Of a stretch of DNA of 64,000 nucleotides, positions 59,131-64,000 are shown piece after piece; positions within the stretch are counted from its first letter, which is position 1; the number at the start of each line of letters is the position of its first letter. Both the position numbers and the translations under genes were made by a program. Origin of the DNA: Candidatus Falkowbacteria bacterium. GTDB taxonomy: Bacteria; Patescibacteriota; Patescibacteriia; JAACEG01. Location of the stretch: contig JABIDK010000019.1 of NCBI GenBank assembly GCA_018651725.1, positions 3,894 through 67,893 of the forward strand, read 5' to 3'. A model generated the notes under the pieces. That model was not told the origin of the DNA, ran no database searches, and saw only the letters and a list, made by a program, of their open reading frames with translations.

Positions 59131-59856
59131 TCAATGATTAACAAAATTGTCTTTTATTCTATCTTTTAAAACCAGCCAAGAAAAAACAACAACCGCTGTT
59201 AAAATTCTCTTTATTCTCTTCGGCTCTTGGATTAAGCGCCAAAGCCACTCTATGCCTAAAATCCTCATTATTTTGGGGGCACGCTTGATTTTTCCTGTTA
59301 GAAAATCAAAGCTGCCACCTACTCCCATAGCTACTTTTACAGACGATATTTTAGCTAGATTATGATAAATAAATTTCTCTTGTCTTGGCGCACCGAGTGC
59401 TACCAAAAGAATTTGGGCATCAGTTTGCCGAGTTTGTCGAGGTTCAACCTCGCTAAATACGTTGAATTTTAAATTTGGATATTTTTTTTCTAAAACAAAC
59501 CTTATTTCTTCATTACTGGAAAATTGCTTTTCGTGGTTTAAAATACAAACTTTATAACTCTCTTTTTCAGCTAAACGTAAAATATCTTTGGTTAAATCAG
59601 CTCCGCTGATACGATTTTTAATAATCGGGGGAAACAAAAAAGAAGCCAATTTTACACCAAAACCATCCGTTAAAGATAAATCAGCCTTATTTAAAATATG
59701 AAAAAATTCCTCATTATTTTGGGCCTTAACCAAAAACTCCGGATTAACAGTTGTAATGTAATGTTGTTTACTAGAAATTAAAAACTCTTTAATCTTTTCT
59801 AAGACTTTTTCTTTTGACAGATTATCGATTTTTACGCCTAAAATTTTAATTGACAT
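59131..59856 (-). CDS. WecB/TagA/CpsF family glycosyltransferase
   Basis: TVNPEF, DGFG, RISGAD, VALGAPRQE, GVGGSFD, RAP, EWLWRL. Confidence 0.93.
   Translation of the reverse strand: MSIKILGVKIDNLSKEKVLEKIKEFLISSKQHYITTVNPEFLVKAQNNEEFFHILNKADLSLTDGFGVKLASFLFPPIIKNRISGADLTKDILRLAEKESYKVCILNHEKQFSSNEEIRFVLEKKYPNLKFNVFSEVEPRQTRQTDAQILLVALGAPRQEKFIYHNLAKISSVKVAMGVGGSFDFLTGKIKRAPKIMRILGIEWLWRLIQEPKRIKRILTAVVVFSWLVLKDRIKDNFVNH
59438..59452. repeat. Perfect hairpin CGAGGTT-C-AACCTCG in frame (EVEPR)
   Basis: 7-bp perfect inverted repeat within a variable loop of the TagA-like protein. Confidence 0.5.
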
Positions 59857-59863
59857 ATGTAGT

Positions 59864-59893
59864 ATTCTAACATATTAACAGTTATGTTTGCAA
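59864..59893 (-). promoter_or_regulatory. Sigma-70 promoter of the TagA-like gene (probably leaderless)
   Basis: TTGCAA-18-TAGAAT with TG extension, 7 nt before the ATG. Confidence 0.6.
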
Positions 59894-59895
59894 AC

Positions 59896-59925
59896 AAAAG
59901 AGCCCGTCTTAGACGGGCTCTTTTT
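59896..59925. terminator. Intrinsic terminator
   Basis: aaaagagcccgtc-tta-gacgggctcttttt. Confidence 0.88.
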
Positions 59926-59943
59926 ATTATAACTCTTTATTTT

Positions 59944-62900
59944 CTATTGTCTAAAATTAGTTTGTCCTTCGTTGGAATCTGTTGGTTTTTCGTTCTTTCC
60001 TCTTAAGCGATAATTTTCATAGGCGAAGTAACCTGTTACTAAAAGAAGTAAAACTATTAACCACCACCAATTTTGCCAACAACCGCAGGTGCTACAGGTG
60101 CTTGAAGCATTACATTCATCCGTATAACAAACTTTATCGTTTTTTGTTTCTTTATCCCCTTGATCTTCTTCGCCAGCTTTCACCTGTTCTCCTAACACTT
60201 CTCCATCGACTGCTTGGACACCTGAACCAATAGCCCCTTCTTCTTGAGCTACTGCTTGCAGATCACCTTCCTGTTGCTCTTCACCATTTGAATTTGTAGA
60301 CCCTTCGATCTCTTGAGAAGAAGTTGATTGCCCTTCTTGTTCTTCTACTTCTTCTATTGCACAAGTAGAGCTACAGCCATCTCCGCTTAATATGTTTTGA
60401 TCGTCACACTCTTCAGCACCCTCTAAAACACCGTCTCCGCATAGAGTTTCAGTTTCTATTTTATAAAGACATACTTTTTGAATATCAACACTATTTGGTA
60501 GTGTTTCCGGTGGACATTGAGTAGCAGTATCCATTATAATCGTATTTTCACCTTTGTAGAAAATAAAGTCTCCGGTAAGTTGAGTTCGCATTTCTTCGTC
60601 ACCAGGTCTGTCAAAGATAATGTCGCTTTGTTTTCCGTTTATACTAAAGGTAAAATTTTCAGCTGGTTGAGTTTCTTCCAGACCGCTTCTGTGAACTTCA
60701 GCGTAAACATTGTATAAACCGGTTTCAAGAATAGAAACGATTTCTGTGTCTTGATTTTGGTAAACTGTCCAACCTGATAATTGGCAGTTTTCACCGATAA
60801 CCTTTAAAGTTGTGTCAAAGATATAATCTGCTCCAGCACAACCTTCAGTTTTACATTCACTATCGCATCCGTCACCAGAGATATTATTACCATCGTCACA
60901 GTCTTCTTCCGCGTCTACTGTTCCGTCTCCGCAAACAGGTGTACAAGAGTTGGTAGTGAAAAACACTTCATCACTAAATACCTCGCTGCTATAAGTGGAA
61001 ATCGCTCGACAGTAGTATCCTGTGGATTGGTTTAATCCGGTTACATTTACGCTATGAAAAGTTACTTGACTCAAATCTTTTTCCGTTGAAAAATCATAAC
61101 CAAGATCCGGCCAAGCACCAAGTGGGTCTGACGGACTTAGTCCGCAAACAACTCGACTGGTAGCGTTTCTATTTGTGTGCCAAGTAATAGTGGCGTTATC
61201 ACATCCCGGAGCAGCTGCTTCAGAATGAATATAAAGAGATACAGGGCCTCCGCCGCCTCCGCCACCTCCGCCGCCGCCACCACAATCGGTGGTTTTATTG
61301 GCGTCGTTATCATCACAGTCAACTGGTCCACAGTCACCACCCTCTTGGGCGTAACCATCACCATCGTTATCGGTACAAGTTGGACCGGGGCAAGAATCAT
61401 CGTAACCATCACAATCCTCATCTATTTCATTGCCACAAATTTCTTCTTGAGGTTCGATTGCACCTTCACACTCTCCCCATGCTCCAAGTGAACAAATTTG
61501 AGTTCCAAACTCACAAGCGCCAACATCGGTTGAACCGCATTGTCTGGTCTCTCCTTCCTCACACTCTTCAATCTCTGTAAAATAATTTCCAAAGTTAACT
61601 ATTTTATTATCTCCATTAACACTAACTTGAATAGGATTCCCGGTTGTGTTGGTCCAATTTTCCTTTAGAATCTCCGCAACCGTGTAATCTCCAGTTGATA
61701 GTCCGTAAAAACAATATCCGTTTTCTCCGGTTATCTCTGAAGTGTCTTCTTCACCTGGGTTTAAATGAATTGTCCAGTCTGTTAAGTTATCTTCTCCGTC
61801 ATCCCAAATACCATCTTGGTCCAAATCTTCAAACTTATTACCACAGATACTTCCTAAGCACTCTTCCAATAAAGCAGAAGAATAATCTGTATAATATCCA
61901 TCGTCAGCCACATTAACGGTTAACCAAAAATGAGAGTAGTTATCTGCACCATCAAGCCAAACTTCATCGTCTCCGGCACTATTCTTTGTGCCATCGTTAT
62001 CATTATAACCTCCAACCTCTGAGTCTTGCTCTAAAGTATTGTTTCCTGAATTATCGTTTCGCAAGTGAGTAGGGGAAGCGTTATAAAATTCAATATAACC
62101 GTCTAAATGTTCAAGATCTGCTCCGGTTGGATTGGTGCCGTGTAAAACAACACGAACACTACCGTTTAACCTTTGAACAGCCAAACCAGGGACATTTTCA
62201 TATCCTAAAATATCGGTATCTTCAATATAAATACCGTTCTCAACAAGAGGAAACCATTCACCAGACTCATAGATATTATCCGGAGAACCAACATAAATTT
62301 GATTTGTAGAGGTAGCATTTCCTTCGCTTGAATAGTTATCCACAACTACTCTAGCCATTATTAAATCACAATTTTCTTGTTCACAAGTCGCATTACAACC
62401 ATCACCGTTTTCTGTATTTCCGTCATCACACTCTTCGTTGTCGTCAACTACTTCATCTCCACAATAAGATGAAACTTGCTCGAAAAAAGCACATATCGGC
62501 TCTAAACTATTAGGATTAGTATAGTCAGGATAAAACGCATGGTTAGCAATCACTTCATTAACATCACCACTAACAACCAATAAATTATTAACAACATTAA
62601 TCTCTGAAGCATAAATAACATTATCTTCTAAATCATCTGTTATTCCTGACTTTGCTACAAACTGACTATTATTTTGCAATATAACTTCATATTGTTCATT
62701 TGGCTGAAAACTAGTTACCCTTGTTGGTTTACCATCAAAAGCAGCTAATGTAACTTTATAGTTACCTGCTGGGATAAAAGAATTTACTAACTCTTGATAT
62801 TCATCATCTCTACTTGAAAATATTTTTTCAGTAAAATCAACAACATATGATTCTCCTTCAACTGCAATAAATGGACAATCTATTCTGGTAATTTCACACT

Positions 62901-63996
62901 CACTACTACACCCATCACCATCTTCTGTATTACCGTCGTCACATTCCTCATCTCCCTCTAAAATTCCGTTTCCGCACCCCGGAAGTTCAATGACACAGTT
63001 AGCACTACATCCGTCGCCATCTGTTTGATTACCGTCGTCACACTCTTCGGGCCCGTTAGTAATATAGTCACCGCAATATTCTTCAGGGATACATTCTCCC
63101 CAAGCACAATCAGTACAAACTTTATGACCATTGTATCCGGTATATCCGTCACCGGTTACACACGATTCCGCGCAAGAACAATCACATTCTTCGCCATCTT
63201 CTACAATGTAGTTACCGCAAATAGGTTCTTCGATAGTACAGTTAGCGCTACAACCATCACCGTCTATTTGATTACCATCATCACACTCTTCATCTCCTTC
63301 AACAGCTCCATCACCGCAAACCGGGCCGCAATCACCGCAAGTGCACTGATTTTCAGCTCCCGGAGTACCAAATTCCACTGCTCCAGAATCCCAATTTACT
63401 TGAGCCGAAGCTGTACACCAATTATCTGCTAAAGCACCGTTACCTGGATCTTGAAGTCTGGACATTGCTTTTTTCGGACTAACGTTATCGCCTTCAAAAG
63501 GAACACCGCCATCACCGGCTGTATCGATTAAAATACCGCTGTCGTCCCAATCTCCATTACAATATAATTTTACCTGAAGTTGAGTATTTAATAAATTAAC
63601 TGCTGTATTAACTAAATCAGGAGTGATTCCAATTTTTGAACTAGCTTCATCGTAATTCGCAATTAAAAAGAAATCATTTGCTCCTATTATTTTAGAAGCG
63701 GGAATTTCAAGCATCAAAACTTCACTACCCGACATTCTTGTTAATTGACAACCATCCAAATTAAGTGCTTCTCCGGTTGTGTTTCTAAGTTCAATCCACT
63801 CATCAGCCATAGAAGATGAGCTCCCCGACCACATTAACTCATTTATTACAACCTCGCCAACAGTAGGTGTTGCTATTTCGCTGGCACTGGCTGAACTGGC
63901 GATTATTAAATTAAATGGAAAAGCTATGAGTATCATTAGAAAATAATACAAGGCTTTTTTTGTTGTCCCTCCATTTTTTAGTGTTGTGTGTTTCAT
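59944..63996 (-). CDS. Large modular surface protein: lamin-tail domain, Myxococcus-type Cys-rich (DUF4215) repeats, SdrD-B-like, FN3-like, poly-Gly linker, C-terminal TM
   Basis: VVINELMW...EWIELRN; six full CGDG..EECDDGN..GDGC repeats; GSICGNKFEDLDQDG; ATITWHTN; TM WWWLIVLLLL. Confidence 0.85.
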   Translation of the reverse strand: MKHTTLKNGGTTKKALYYFLMILIAFPFNLIIASSASASEIATPTVGEVVINELMWSGSSSSMADEWIELRNTTGEALNLDGCQLTRMSGSEVLMLEIPASKIIGANDFFLIANYDEASSKIGITPDLVNTAVNLLNTQLQVKLYCNGDWDDSGILIDTAGDGGVPFEGDNVSPKKAMSRLQDPGNGALADNWCTASAQVNWDSGAVEFGTPGAENQCTCGDCGPVCGDGAVEGDEECDDGNQIDGDGCSANCTIEEPICGNYIVEDGEECDCSCAESCVTGDGYTGYNGHKVCTDCAWGECIPEEYCGDYITNGPEECDDGNQTDGDGCSANCVIELPGCGNGILEGDEECDDGNTEDGDGCSSECEITRIDCPFIAVEGESYVVDFTEKIFSSRDDEYQELVNSFIPAGNYKVTLAAFDGKPTRVTSFQPNEQYEVILQNNSQFVAKSGITDDLEDNVIYASEINVVNNLLVVSGDVNEVIANHAFYPDYTNPNSLEPICAFFEQVSSYCGDEVVDDNEECDDGNTENGDGCNATCEQENCDLIMARVVVDNYSSEGNATSTNQIYVGSPDNIYESGEWFPLVENGIYIEDTDILGYENVPGLAVQRLNGSVRVVLHGTNPTGADLEHLDGYIEFYNASPTHLRNDNSGNNTLEQDSEVGGYNDNDGTKNSAGDDEVWLDGADNYSHFWLTVNVADDGYYTDYSSALLEECLGSICGNKFEDLDQDGIWDDGEDNLTDWTIHLNPGEEDTSEITGENGYCFYGLSTGDYTVAEILKENWTNTTGNPIQVSVNGDNKIVNFGNYFTEIEECEEGETRQCGSTDVGACEFGTQICSLGAWGECEGAIEPQEEICGNEIDEDCDGYDDSCPGPTCTDNDGDGYAQEGGDCGPVDCDDNDANKTTDCGGGGGGGGGGGGPVSLYIHSEAAAPGCDNATITWHTNRNATSRVVCGLSPSDPLGAWPDLGYDFSTEKDLSQVTFHSVNVTGLNQSTGYYCRAISTYSSEVFSDEVFFTTNSCTPVCGDGTVDAEEDCDDGNNISGDGCDSECKTEGCAGADYIFDTTLKVIGENCQLSGWTVYQNQDTEIVSILETGLYNVYAEVHRSGLEETQPAENFTFSINGKQSDIIFDRPGDEEMRTQLTGDFIFYKGENTIIMDTATQCPPETLPNSVDIQKVCLYKIETETLCGDGVLEGAEECDDQNILSGDGCSSTCAIEEVEEQEGQSTSSQEIEGSTNSNGEEQQEGDLQAVAQEEGAIGSGVQAVDGEVLGEQVKAGEEDQGDKETKNDKVCYTDECNASSTCSTCGCWQNWWWLIVLLLLVTGYFAYENYRLRGKNEKPTDSNEGQTNFRQ

Positions 63997-64000
63997 ATGT

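Noticed and set aside
60380-63330. CRISPR-like spaced repeats (ccgtcgtcacactcttc)
   Set aside because: These are codons of Cys-rich protein repeats with synonymous variation and irregular spacing; no cas genes are present.

Overview
AT-rich bacterial chromosome segment with mostly minus-strand, densely packed genes in standard code 11 (TGA is used as a stop, e.g. dnaB). Gene content and style (few Shine-Dalgarno sites, Lys-rich protein tails, DUF4012-, CAP- and beta-propeller-type surface proteins) suggest a Patescibacteria/CPR (Parcubacteria-like) genome; this is an inference. Housekeeping genes include rpoD, dnaG, mutM, rdgB, mreB, dnaB-ybaB-recR, rplU, ppaC, hpf, recQ, iscSU, tRNA-Gln, rpmE-prfA, rnhA, recJ, gap and tgt, mixed with envelope and surface genes. 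I saw no transposase, integrase, reverse transcriptase or CRISPR array. The most notable signal is several families of small palindromic elements found both between genes and in frame inside proteins. The largest is a ~160-bp hairpin element in two copies that share an 89-bp core but have different terminal inverted repeats. One copy adds ~54 aa to an O-antigen ligase-like protein; the other lies just upstream of rplU. Other signals are a 28-bp duplication of the tRNA-Gln 3' end around a 40-bp insert, probable leaderless promoters, a GILT-like thiol oxidoreductase, a secreted LCAT-like lipase and a divergent TGT pocket.
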